A stretch of DNA of 64,000 nucleotides from Marsupella aquatica (GCA_973895155.1 OZ316891.1:26901972-26965971), one strand, 5' to 3'; positions 51,844-64,000 are shown, counted from the first letter of the stretch. The notes: generated by a model from the sequence alone, not told the origin. Numbers and translations: made by a program.

Positions 51844-53790
51844 TGAGCAAAACACGCGATTTTGCACTCTGCCTTGCCTTTCGTAGAAACGAAAGGAGAG
51901 CAGAGTACAAATCTTGTTTCCTTTGGTTTGCTGAAGCCGATAGGGCCGCAGTACTTCTTGATTTTGTCTTCTTTTAAACCAAATCGGAGAAAGATTTTAT
52001 TGCGCGGTTTAGAGAATCTTCTCCAAATAGGATAGGAGGATTGCAGGAGAAGATTTTATTGCGCAGTCTCCTATTTGCCGAGTGATCCACTGATATATCC
52101 AAACAGGAGAGGAGAATTTGGGCGATACAGGGTGGTTGAGAGTCTTTATTACCTTTCAGAAGACGACACAGGGCTTCAGACAAAAAAACACGATGGTATT
52201 CACTGGTCTTGTCAAGAATTGTAGGAAGCCAGGGACATACATTTCCAGTATCACAATTGCTGCTTTTTCCTTTGTAGACCCTTTCAAGGTTATGCATCAC
52301 TGGTCTTGTCAAAGAATTGTAGGGATCTTTGAGGACCAAATCAGGTTCAAGAGCAACTATCTCTGGTTTTGTCAAGGATTGTAGAACACTTGGGATCTTT
52401 CTGTGCAGCTGCCCAGAAAGGATCACGAAACATATCCCTTTTGCTTGCACGTTGTACATGCCTTAAGACACCATTCTCACAAATCGGACAGCTAATTCAC
52501 GCACAGCCCTGGTACGAGTTCTACCACTTCCTGCCAGTGCTACTGGTTAATGGACCTCGCATCACTGGTATGAACATAGCACCTATCTGGGAGCCACCAA
52601 TAGTTAGATCAAGTTTATTGGAAAACATTTGGAGAACTCCCCTAAATAGTCTCTGACAGCCCTCGTAAATGCCATAAGACGAGACCAAGTGATCAAATTT
52701 TACATAGAAATACTGACATTGACAAGCATGACAAGAACAAGGGACAGAGTGTGTACAGCAAGACACAAGTGGTCATGGAGCATCATTTCACGAAGTCCAT
52801 CCAAAGGCATTCATGCAAGATCAGGCAGTCGACCCCCACACGGAATTAACTTGTAGGGTTGCACACAAGCTCTGATCCCAGCTATATGTTTCATCTACTG
52901 TCTTGGCCTACTGATTTCGTTTCAGAGTGAATTTTTTTATTTTGCTGACCTTCACATTTTCATGTCGCAAGGTCGCACAACCCACAAATACGTGGACCAA
53001 GATTTTGCAGCCAAGACATCCTAACTTGCATCGATAACTAAACCACCTGTCTTTTTGGTGATGCTACAAAACTCTTTCTTACTCACCTGTGAGAAGAACC
53101 AATCAACTGACAAATACGTTGTTTACGTGCTCTGGGTTTTACTGTAGCCTTCACTTGTCATATATGTGAAGGACGGGTTATTACGACGCAGTCATGCTCC
53201 CCAAAATGAGCACTGGCTAGTTCAAAATCAAGGCATCTGTCGGGGATAATCTTGAGCAGTTCAACCATACAGGAGGGACAGCTAGCAAACGGTTATCCAA
53301 AACACTGATTCACGCTATGAGCATTAAATATCCACAACATCCTCCGATGGCTTGTAATTGACCGTGACTCATACCAGAGCCAAAGACCACATTCAAATTG
53401 AGCACCGACTATGAGAAACAGAACTCTGAGGTGCACTTGGAATCTAAAAGCTAGTACTCAGGCAGTTGAAACCAGCTCTAATTGATGTGAGGAGTGCCAT
53501 TTAACATTGTCGTAAGCACTCCAAGTAGCCATCCTTCTTAAGCTTCGATTTGACTTCTTAAACAAGGCCAATCGCTGCTGCATCCAAGATTGACATTAAA
53601 GTGCAAGGAAAGAAACCTTCGGAAGCTCTTTAGCAGCTCTTTGTAGATACATACTATCACAGGTACTGTTTCAAAGTGAATCATGCGAGTGGAGTTCAGA
53701 GGTTAGCATAAACATGAAAGTTTGCATCCTTCCAAGGAATGCCAGGCCAACCGAAGTCGACGAAGGTACTCGAGCAGCTATTATTTGCAG

Positions 53791-55512
53791 CTACTTTGGA
53801 ATTAGTCTCCTTCGAGGTCTGACAGTCTCTCTTTTCAAAAAGACCTTTTCCAGCTCATTCAGACCTCGATGACTGCCATCTGGTTGAGCAATAAAACGCT
53901 TTCCACCTCTCCTCCCTCTCTTTCCTTCTTCCCCTAGCTCCTCCACCAAGTAGCTCCAGCCTCCAACTGGCCTTTGACGACTAGTGTTGTCTGTCTTGAT
54001 AATACCGGCCATCTGTTCACAATTAAACCGTAGCAGTCAACATGCAAACAGATATATAGATAAAGGTCAACCACAAGCACTTTACAACACAAACTAGCAA
54101 CTAGACCACAGACATGAGTTTCAGCACGAAGGATGAATTACCGCCACCCACAAATCACCTCAATCATCCTCAGAAAGATACTTAATGTACATCTGAATTT
54201 TTTCTACAACGCAACACAATAACTATTTCCCAACACTATTTTTTCTGGGTAACCTGAAAAATTAATTCACACTGAAACGTACCTGCATCTTATTGAAATT
54301 CATTCGCTGCACAAACTCCTCCACCATCATCTTCTCCTCCTTTGCAGAAGCCTCATCCATAGTTTGATCTGCAGCCTTCACAGATCCTTCCCAGCCCTCT
54401 GGCTGCACAATGAAGTCAGGCTTTGTCGATGGAAGAATGGAATGGTGTTCATTATCTGCTTTGTCATACGCCCTGCTCTCACCCCAAGTATAGCAGAGAA
54501 CTCAATAGGCACATCTCATGCTTGAATTACAACGAGGAATCATCAAACCCAACTCATGCACTCGTCTCTGATGACTTGCCATCAAACCAAGTGTTCTGGG
54601 ATACTTAAGGCGGTGGAAATAACTTGATGCTTAGAGGCACTGGACGTATCAAACTTTCATCCACCGCTAGTATTCCGGAACCTTAGGATGGTTGATGCTG
54701 TGCTTATATATAAAAGACACCTGATTTCAACTTTAGGGTTTAGGGTTTAGGGTTTAGGGTCTGTAACAAAGCTTGGGGTACAGAATCGAACTCTCAGAAC
54801 AAATTTCTACTCGGGCACTGTTTGAACTCATTGATCCACTCCACCATTCTTTCGTTAGTGAAGAGATCCGCAATGATTCCTTGGAAGTATTATGAGATAC
54901 AGTCAGTTCATCCTACCCATGAACCTTCTCAAATGCTTGCTCAATATCCTCCGCTAGCGTCTTGCCCTGCTTCACCGCCTCTTTCTCCAAATCCTTGAGC
55001 CACAAAATGGCATGGACTCTCTGTTTGCGAATCCTGTACGTCTCAGCCAATTTATCTAGCATCTCTGGACCCGGATTGTCAGAATAGGCCTTCCACATTT
55101 TCTCCTTGGACTCGTCGGATAAGCGGGGTGCTTTGAAATCCGGAGGCACCCCGGCAAAAACGTAATCCATCGGCTCATTCTCTACATCCTCGTCATTAAC
55201 CTCCATTATCTTTCCCTTCCTTCGCCTGGGCTTCTCATCCGCATCCTCGTCCTCTGCATCCTTGTCCTTGCCATCGCCATTCCCTGCCCCACCTCGCCCG
55301 ACGGCTTGCAACGAGAAACCACTCCCGTGAATTCCCCGTCGGCCATCATGGATCACTGACCTTCTTCTCCCTCCGAAGAGGTCAGATAGATAACTCGTCG
55401 CATCCGCACACGAAACCGCCGTTACATCAGCAGGGAAGGCAACAGTCGAAGAATTGGACAGCCGCAGGAGCGCTCTCGCCCAACGGCGGGTTGGGCGAGA
55501 GAGATGCTGCAT
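53791..55512 (-). CDS. GCD1: Mitochondrial protein GAMETE CELL DEFECTIVE 1 / mitoribosomal mS45-like
   Basis: Exons 55512-54917, 54472-54283, 54012-53791, in frame. Arg-rich mitochondrial-type N-terminus; YRIRKQRVHAILWLKDLE, PDFIVQPEGWEG, EEFVQRMNFNK, GKRGRRGGKRFIAQPDGSHRGLNELEK match the recalled GCD1 family. Confidence 0.85.
54732..54759. repeat. (TTTAGGG)4 plant telomere-type repeat / telo-box array in GCD1 intron 1
   Basis: Four perfect TTTAGGG units. Confidence 0.9.
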
Positions 55513-56205
55513 TCCCGAGCAAAGTGAGGGCTCGAACTAAGAAAATCGTTGTCCGCCCGTCGGCAGGGAGAAATCGCACGGGACAGAGGAAGAAACTCGG
55601 CGAGAGATTTTTTATTTTTTTTGCAATTGCTAGTTAAACCATGACACCGGGGGTCCCGATTGCCGCAGAGCGTTCAAGTGAACTGCAGGGGTTATCAATG
55701 CAGAAATTTTAGTCCGTCAAATGCAAAAGATCGCTGCATGCTCGAAAACCCCGTGCACAGACAGAGGGTTTGTAAAGCCTGGATTTCTGTGCTGAGCTTC
55801 GACAAAATGCGTAAACCAATTGTAGGAGAAACGAAAACGAGACAGACTGCCAGTAAAGCTAAGATTTCGTTGCGGGAGCTACAGAAAATATCCTTCGATC
55901 TATTTGCGAGCGACTTGAACTAGACACAGTGTTAGTAGAGCGAAGATTTCTTTGGCGGCAGCTCGAAAAATAATAATTTCAACCTAGTTGCTTGAACGAA
56001 CGAGACAGAGTGTGAATTAACAGAGCTAAGAAGATGGCTCTAGCAAAATGCTCCAACCTGCTGTAGTTGCGATCGAATTGACGCATCAAACGAGCGCTCC
56101 CTCCCGAAGACACAGTACGAGAACGAGAGAGCACGACGAGGGGTAATGCTCTGCACCACCACGACAACGAGGGCAACCATCGCTACTGCACACATTCGCG
56201 ATCTC

Positions 56206-57150
56206 GGCCCCTACTAAACTACAGTTAACAGTACTATAATTAAGTACACCGTTCACTAGGGCGTCTCTCTGCCCCTACTAAACTACAGTAACTGTACTGT
56301 AAGTAAGTACACCTTGAGGTCCAACGAACTAAAAAAAATTGCATGCCCCATAACATCAAACATCATTACTGTAATTACATTTTGAGGTCCAATCAACTAA
56401 AAATCTTTGCATGTCCCACAACATCAAAAAAAAATTCACACTCACCAAAAAAAATTCACACTCAGGACATATGGGTCAGATTTTGTTTGAAAATGAATAG
56501 GTTTGTAATCATCACACACTAGCCCAATTACCCATTCCTCAAACGTAAATAGATATGAAGAAAAACAATCATGTGTAATAACATTTCTATGTTATTTGAG
56601 TTAATCTTTGTTATTTCAGTTTTGTCTTTATTTGGAATCAATATAATTTTTGTCCATCCTCATTTATACTTTTTTAATTGAGACTCATGATAACTTTTGT
56701 CTGTATTAAGGGTTAAAGGGGTTACGGTCTAGAGGTTTCACTCTAGATCCTAGGCCCTTAAGAGTAGACTTTGTTTGCGCTTTTATAATAAGATTTGCCT
56801 ATCTGTGTAATTGTGGTGCCCTTAAGAGTAGACTTTGTTTGCGCTTTTATAATAAGATTTGCCTATCTGTGTAATTGTGGTGCACATCCTTCTTGGTTGA
56901 TATCACTCTGGTAAATGCATACTCCCCCATATGAAAGCAAGATTTCTAGTGAGCCAAGTAGGGTAAGGTTTTTGATAACAATAATTCATCTGTTCTATGA
57001 ATTTTTAGGTAGTCCATAAATAGTATTACCAAAACTTTTTAAGCTGTTTTTCTAGTGGGCCAAGTAGGGTAAGGTTTTTTTTATAACAATAATTCATCTG
57101 TTCTCTAATTTTCTAGGTAGTCCATAAATACTATTACCAATACTTTTGAG
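56206..57150. repeat. Cluster of short tandem duplications between GCD1 and SKIP24
   Basis: Duplicated blocks: GCCCCTACTAAACTACAGT..TAAGTACACC; TTGAGGTCCAA..AACTAAAAA..TTGCATG..AACATCAAA; AAAAAAAATTCACACTCA; CCCTTAAGAGTAGACTTTG...GTGGTGC (~64 bp period); TTTCTAGTG.GCCAAGTAGGGTAAGG...TATTACCAA (~105 bp period). Confidence 0.85.
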
Positions 57151-58795
57151 GTGAGAGGTTTCCACTCCCAAATTAGTATAGATTCCAATCCAGGTGATGT
57201 GGCGTTTCCAGGCCTGTTTCTAGTGGTCCTCTACTTTGTCTCTTGTGAGCAGAGTATGGGACCTCTCTTGGGCCTGCAAACTGAATTGCAGCTTGGACAG
57301 ATCATTGCAACCACATGGACTGCTTCAAAACATTATTTTTCTCAGATAGTACCTTTTAGTACAATTATGCTCACATTTTTCAGTGTTAAATCATGCTTGG
57401 TCCATTGGAATCCTAAGGTTAAACATTGTGGTCTATTCAAGCATCAGCTTTCTAAATTTGTTGGACCAACATTTTTATGAGAGGCAAAATTTCACCAAAT
57501 TCCACAACAATTTTTTGCCACATACATGGCTAAATTGTGCCCAAATCTGAAACTGCAGGTCTGGGCTTAACCACACTACAGTACCTCCTCCAATTACTCT
57601 TTGTTAGCCAAAAACAGAATATGTTATGTGTCTCAGTATTCCTTTTGTTCTTCATATGTGGCAAAGAGGTGGATGTCCAATGGTTTTCTTCCTAAAAAAA
57701 TCTTCCTATTGCTTTTCTTTCCATGGCCAAATAGGTTGATGCTCCATTGTTTTCCTTTCTAGAGAACTTCAGTTGGTGTTAGTTGTGCTATGTGCTTGGA
57801 ACATACAAGAAAATTTTAAGTCCATAGGAACATACAAGAGAGTTTTACTGAACTCTAGGTTCATCAATCATATAGAGTCTCTCCAGACTAAGCTTTTCAT
57901 TTCTCTCTAGTGGCTCTGTAACAATGAACCTAAGTTCCTAAGTGAGTCTGAACTCCATTCAAAGACCATAGATAGCTTTCTGACCAACATTCCGATACCA
58001 ATGTCTACATCTGAGGGCACTATACACAGGGTGAGACTAGAGGTGAAAGTCAGAAATGTTGCTAATGTCATCATAAGTTATGCTTCTAGTGAGACATGAC
58101 AGTTTAGGGTGGTGTTGGTATGAAATAGGAGACCAGTTACTTTCACTTTTCTCACATTTTTGTATCTACTCACCAGAGCTATGCCAGGCACTTCAGTTTG
58201 GGGATAGTTAGGCTTTGGGCCTTTCATTTTGTGTCCTTGGTAGTTCTTGTGTTGGCCTTTGGCCTAGGCCCTATTGCCTCCCTTGATTGGGTCTTTTGCC
58301 CGAGGGGTCTTTTGCGTGAGGGAACATGTCTCCCAATTGGGCACCTTTTGTTTTTTGCAGTTTATGATATACTCACTTTCACTTTCTCACATTTTAGTGT
58401 TTTGGGAGAACTCGCAATTCAAGCGAAAACATGTTTCCGTCTCCAGTTTTCACCCAGACTTTACGGAAACCTCTAATAAGTAATCTCCAAAAAGGCGGTT
58501 CACGAAGTTGCAAGGAAAACGTTGAACAAGCGATTCGTTGTTGTGGGCCGATTCTGCCGCGCTAGAGAAGCAAACGACTGGTCTGGTGATGACGGAGCCG
58601 ATGTTGATTATGGTCGAGGTCCGCCGTGCTGAGCTCTGTTGCCGTTTTGTCCCAATTAAGGTGGATTGAGATACTTGATTGCCCAGGTTCTGAAAAGCCG
58701 TGCAGGGTTGAAATTAGGAGAAGAGTTCATTCCTTGGAACGATGGATTGAGCGAGGTCCAGTCCATAGGTGTTTGGAGGGGACAGGAGGACGGAG

Positions 58796-61373
58796 ATGGC
58801 CACGCTTCCGGAGGAGCTCTGGGTTCAAATTCTGCAGACGGGGCTACAGCGTGCGCAACTTCAGTACCGGGACCTGTGCGCCTTTGCCATTGTTTCCAGG
58901 CAGTTGAAGCGCATCTGTGAACTGGATGTTGTGTGGAAGCAGCTTTTGGCGCAGAATTTCCCAGAGCCTTCTTGGCCTAGCAGTACCTCTGCCGCTGCTG
59001 ATGGTTCCCTTCGAAGGCTGGGTTCATTCGCTGCTTGTAAGAAGCTGTACAGAACTAGGTACCGTAATTGCTGCTACCTACCTTTCCTCTTTGGGTTGCT
59101 ACTCGTTAGTTGGAGATGGGTAGATGGTTGGACTGGGGCTCAGGAACAACGTTTGATACGTTTGCTTTTTTCTAATTTCGGCTCTAACAAGCAGGTATCT
59201 AATTTGATTCTCCTTAATCCCTGGATTGATGTTTTTTTGTAATTTGTGAGGAGGAAACACTTGGTTCATATGTATGAGACAGTTTTCCCACGATAGCAAT
59301 GTCTCGCTAGCCCTCGGTAGATTCTATTTACTTCCCTTCTCCACTTCTCAGGGATAATCCTGAATTTCAAGGTTCGTGGTGGAAAGTTTTATTGATTTAG
59401 ATTGGCGATTTTTTTTTGGTTTGCGTATTTTACTCCCTGTTTTTGCCAAGTGTACATTCTGCCGTAAGGCTGAAAAATCGTCTGCATTCAATCAGGACGG
59501 TTAAAACCACTTTTTCAGTTTGAATTAGGTTTTACGTGCCGACTGACAAGTTGGATAAGTATATACGAAATGCAACTGGTCAGGTTGGACTCATGGATGT
59601 GACGGTGCAATTCTGTGATTTAATTTGAAGTTTTTGGTCTGGCCTAAGTCATTTTCATATTGTATTCATTCATCTCGTGATACCATGAGGAAGAGGTCCA
59701 AACTTCTATAGTTTTGTAAACGAGGTTGAGAAATTCTACTCCACCACCGGGTTCAAGTTTGAGGGATGAAGCCTTGACTCCATATAGGAGGCAATATTTT
59801 GATCAGTTCGGAAATTTCGATTTACTAGGTCAAGGATCTGTTCTGTTGAAAGAAACAAGTTATTTTAACTCGTGATGAATGTTCGTCTCAAGTACTTCGT
59901 CTAAAGTAATGGCTTGCAAAAGACGTTTTCCAAGTTTAAGGAGCTCAAGTTTTTTAAGGCTTTGGGTCCTTTTTGGCATTTGAAGGTCTTGAACTTGCCA
60001 AAACCAGAAAATAGGACCTTCTTTGACGGTCGCTGGCAGATTGTATTTTCGACGAAATGTAAACAAGGTTCGTCTTGAGTTAGATGTGTCTCGAGGTGAC
60101 GCCAAAAGTCTTGTCTTACAGGGTTAGAATCGTAAAAGACCTCGGAGGGGGTATCGCAGACAGCTTTCCTTGTTTTTGCAAATTGTTTGATGGTTTTCTG
60201 ATTGTCGTTTCTGTTTGCCCAAGGTATGAGAAAGTCAAAGAGAAGAAGACAGCTGCTCATAAGAGGCAGGTGCTTAGAGTGACTAGTGCCTTGAATGTGC
60301 TGCAACGAGAAAGCCAGATTTTGCAGAAAATTCTGCGAACTGAACGGACTAAATTAGTTTCCTCCCAGGTGGAGCTGGAGAATCTGGAACGCGCGAGGTA
60401 TTTTTTCTTTCTTCAGAATGTTCTTTTCCCTTAATTAAGATTCTGGCAGGTTGATCATGGGGTTGATGAGGAGATTTGTATAAATGAAATTGTACTCCGA
60501 GGTTTCTCGCCTTGCACAATGTTTTGAGGGTATGAATCCGCTTAGCTGCGTTTGGACAGTGCTAGCAGGTCAACTTGTAGTAAGCTGTTAATTGATTCCT
60601 GCACATATTATAGAATCAATCGTCCTTATCCTTATCGTGATGAACGGAAATTTTGAGTCCCCCTACTTCTGTCCATGTTTCGTTCTGAATGGCTGCTTTT
60701 TGGTTCATCAGTCGAACATCGGTTGCCTTGCAAATATGGCAACCGCAAGCTGTGGCCACACGGCATGAGCAGGTGGTGCTGCAGGTTCCTGTGGACATCG
60801 CAGCTCGGAAAAACAGTCTCTGCATTGAAGTTCAAGTTTGTAAATCACGCATGCACTGTGTGGAGAATACCTTGGTAAGATTCTTGCATTTCGTGTCTAC
60901 TTTGAAATATTACCCGAGATAGCTTAGGGGTGTCGTGCCTTGATGTAATGTATCTCAGTCAGATGGGTTGTATGCTTTTAAATGGCTGAGAACATTGTTA
61001 GCAAAGTTTGCTTCTCACTCCGATTTTCTGTAAGGAAAGCTTTTCGTGAGGTTTGAGTTTGAGTGGTAACGTAGGTGCAATTTGAAAGAGTCTGTGCTTA
61101 GAAGTAGATGCCGATGTGCTGACCTGAGACAGATAACAGATATCTTATATTCTTACAATGAAGACGCTGACGTGCACCTGTTGTGTTTGACAGAAGTCCC
61201 ATAAAGCGACAATTGAGGTAAGGAAAAAGGAATTGGAAGCTTTGACGTATAATCCAACTTTGGATTTTACAACGAACAAGGACGTTTTGGGGAAGAAGGT
61301 TGGGAAAAGGAGAAAGTCAGTGAATATAGATTCACAGCTGGGTTCTGTTATCACTAGCAATTTAGATTATTAG
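58796..61373 (+). CDS. SKIP24: F-box protein SKIP24-like
   Basis: Exons 58796-59058, 60224-60397, 60712-60874, 61194-61373, in frame. LPEELWVQIL..YRDLC (F-box), AAHKRQVLR, SVALQIWQPQAV and KKELEALTYNP match the recalled SKIP24 family. Confidence 0.88.
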
Positions 61374-61587
61374 GGCCGTAAAGAGTACATTCGAAGTTTC
61401 ATTTTTTCCGTGCGGATAAATACCTACCTGTGCTATAAACGATCTGTGAGAAATCTCACAAGCCTTAGCTTGTCAGTAGAAAATTTCTACGGGGCCAACC
61501 TTCTTTGAACAAAGTACATAAAAGCATTTACAAGCGCATGTGTCAAAAAACATATCACAAATCTTAGCAATTTCCTTACAACGGTTC

Positions 61588-62953
61588 CTACTTTCGTTTT
61601 GTTTTAATGCCTTTTACTACCCTCTTCTCTTCATGAGCCACGCCTTCCTTCTTCTCTTCACTAGAGGTGGGATTCTTCTTTGAGGTGTGTTTCTTCTTCT
61701 CTTCTTGTGCTGCAGCTTTCTTTTTCTCTTCTTGAGCTCCAACTTTCTTCTTCGCTTCTTGAGCTACAGCTTTCTTCTTCTCCTGATGATCAACCGGGTT
61801 CTTCTTCTTATCAACACTCTCAATCTTCCTTGTTACTTGCTGACCCTCGCTCTTATTTCCTACCTGAGGCACGCGCTTTACCTTTTCCTTCTGGTCACCT
61901 GTTGGTTTTTGATCCTGTTCTTCAAAACGTGATGGTATCGATGATGTGGACGGCCCTCCTATTGACCCCCGTTCCATCTCTTTCTGGTATTCCATTGCAC
62001 TCCCAGGATTGTACTGTTCATATTGAAGACTTGCACGGTCTCGAAACCAAGGCTGGGAAAAACTACCTATACGGTGCCTATCCCTCAACTTCAAGGCCAA
62101 AGTCCCAAGGGAGGCAGGTAGAGTTGAGGAAGGTGCTGAAGGCCCAGCCGTAGTATTTACAGTCTGCTTATTCTTATGTGCAAGTTCCTCGTGTCTTGCA
62201 ACTCCAAGTTTTATCCAGAAGCGGGCAATTGCTTCCAATAACAATCCAAACTCTATCTCTAGTAGGGACGGCTTGTATATTGCGTAGACATTGGACTTTC
62301 GTTTCATCCAATTCTTCAGGAAATTGTCGGGATTGCTTTCTGTTTCGCCCTGGGCAGGAGATCAATCAGAGCACCATTAACAAGTCAGGAATAGCATTGT
62401 CTTCATTACAAATTTTGCTGTACCATAACTATATCTAGCAATCTGCTAATATCAGGATCTGTCCAACGTGTAAACTTTTCCGGTTTTCCTTGAGTTTAAT
62501 TTCCTCTATTCTTCACGGATCCACGTCTTATACTCCTAGTATTCTTATACACCTAGTATATCTTTCCTGAGTAATTTGAGCAACACTTACTGGAGAAGCA
62601 CGCTGGTCATTTTGGAGAGTAGTGTTCGCCAACAACACGTGTGCCAGTGCACTGTAGAGGCGGCGAATCAGTTTTGGTTGTACAGGAACCATCTGCTCGA
62701 CAGCATCAAGTCCCACCAGCCAATTTAGGCTCAATATGTTATTTTGTCCTGGTGGACTTTCATGCAGGTGTTTTCTAGACGGTGCCTAACCAACTTTATC
62801 AACTCAAGGTTAAAATAATCCGAAGATAATGTATACTGGTGCGCCTAACCAACTTTATCAACTCAATGTTAAAATAATCCGAAGATAATGTATACTGGTG
62901 CGCCTAACCAACTTTATCAACTTAATGTTAAAATAATCCGAAGATAATGGTTC

Positions 62954-62994
<41 letters not shown>

Positions 62995-63889
62995 AAACAT
63001 CCAGCAGACCAGGCATTGAAGGCTTGCGAAGGAGCATTGGTCACACTTCGAGAGTTCATCAATTGCCGACTCTATGTCCCCCCTCCCAAGTGCTGTTGTG
63101 AGAATTGGGTCAGGCACTATTGGCTCCTACAGTAATCACACAGATCAGGACAATTTATGTTCAAAGAAATGCTGTAGGTGTCAGATACGCAAAATTGAGA
63201 GAGGGTCTTAAGAAAATGTGAGGATGCCATACTGTCTAAACCACTTTGAAAAGCACTCTTTGTTTCCGCCGGAGGAAGTTGTGCCTAGAGCATCTTCATT
63301 ATTTAGTTGATGAGGTCTTGCTCGCTTTTAGCCCTATCTAGCTAAGTGAACTTATTTGTTGTGCGCTAGTTTGTATCAATGTTACTCAGCATTGACAAGT
63401 TAGACATTTCTACTGTGCACAATTCCTTATGGATCGAAAATGCTGCTTGTTAAAGCTAGGAGTACAGTCACGCAAAATAATATTCTAGAAAGCTGTTGTT
63501 TTCCTTTGCTCAAATTTCTCTCCTATGCCCTCCCGTGGTCACTGGATTTGAACGGATTCAACTGAAATTTGTCTTTTCCCCGTGCTTATCTGCCGACTGC
63601 ATCTATTGGTGTAGCTTTCCTGTCCACGAGGCATCAACGGGGAAGTGTTGCCCACTTGATTTCATTTTGTGCAGCTTGACATAGGGTACGAGAGGTGTGA
63701 CATTAGGTGCAAGAGGGCTTGAACAAGGAGCCTGAAGCTAGTGGCATTCTTATGCATGTGAAGGAAGGGACAAGGAGGATATAACAATGGTTGGACCTGC
63801 AGTTGATATAGCCATTCAAGCAAGAGATGGCAGAGCACGGATGTCTCAAGCTCCTCAACTCCACTCCAATCCCCAGTGTTGATCCTTAC
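61588..63889 (-). CDS. 3' part of a multi-exon gene with a RhoGAP-fold / PTPDC1 C-terminal-like domain and a Lys/Glu-rich tail (5' end beyond window)
   Basis: Phase-0 exons 63889-63797, 63126-62992, 62785-62591 and 62349-61588 join to VRINTGDWSGVEELETSVLCHLLLEWLYQLQ|EPIVPDPILTTALGRGDIESAIDELSKCDQCSFASLQCLVCWMFQ|APSRK..LIRRLYSALAHVLL..|GETESN..QEEKKK repeats. Family identity is inferred from the W..L.EP motif only. Confidence 0.7.
62785..62949. repeat. 59-bp tandem repeat x~2.8 overlapping a splice acceptor
   Basis: CCTAACCAACTTTATCAACT.AA.GTTAAAATAATCCGAAGATAATG at 62785, 62844 and 62903. Confidence 0.95.
62959..62990. repeat. (GA)16 microsatellite abutting a 5' splice site
   Basis: On the minus strand the donor CAG|GT runs directly into (CT)n. 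Confidence 0.95.
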
Positions 63890-64000
63890 CTGTCATACAT
63901 GCACCCATTTATTGTATCTTGGGGTAACTTTGCCAGTAGCTGTTGGATCACCCGTATAACTAGAACATAAACCAAGACACATGTGGTTCAAATCATTTGG

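Overview
Eukaryotic nuclear DNA from a land plant; gene content, intron style and long multi-exon 5' leaders suggest a bryophyte-grade lineage (inference, species not determinable). Eight protein-coding loci can be reconstructed: an LRR receptor-like protein/kinase running off the left edge (-), phosphoglucan phosphatase LSF1 (-), a GT-1-type trihelix factor (-), a purple acid phosphatase with a P1BS cluster upstream (-), an intronless GH63 glucosidase I/GCS1-like gene (-), a mitochondrial GCD1/mS45-like gene (-), F-box SKIP24 (+), and a convergent RhoGAP-fold/PTPDC1-C-terminus-like gene entering from the right edge (-). Intergenic DNA holds a PIF/Harbinger-type non-autonomous element, a long-TIR foldback element, Helitron-like ends attached to minisatellite arrays, degraded LINE-like pieces and many short tandem duplications. 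The most notable observations are: (i) a 252-nt intron in LSF1 that still reads as decayed LSF1 coding sequence, consistent with intronization of an exon segment; (ii) an intronless GCS1 paralog lacking the ER membrane anchor and carrying substitutions near the active site; (iii) a 59-bp tandem repeat that triplicates a splice acceptor. Exon models were derived by hand from GT/AG sites and reading frame. Family calls come from recalled sequences, not database searches.
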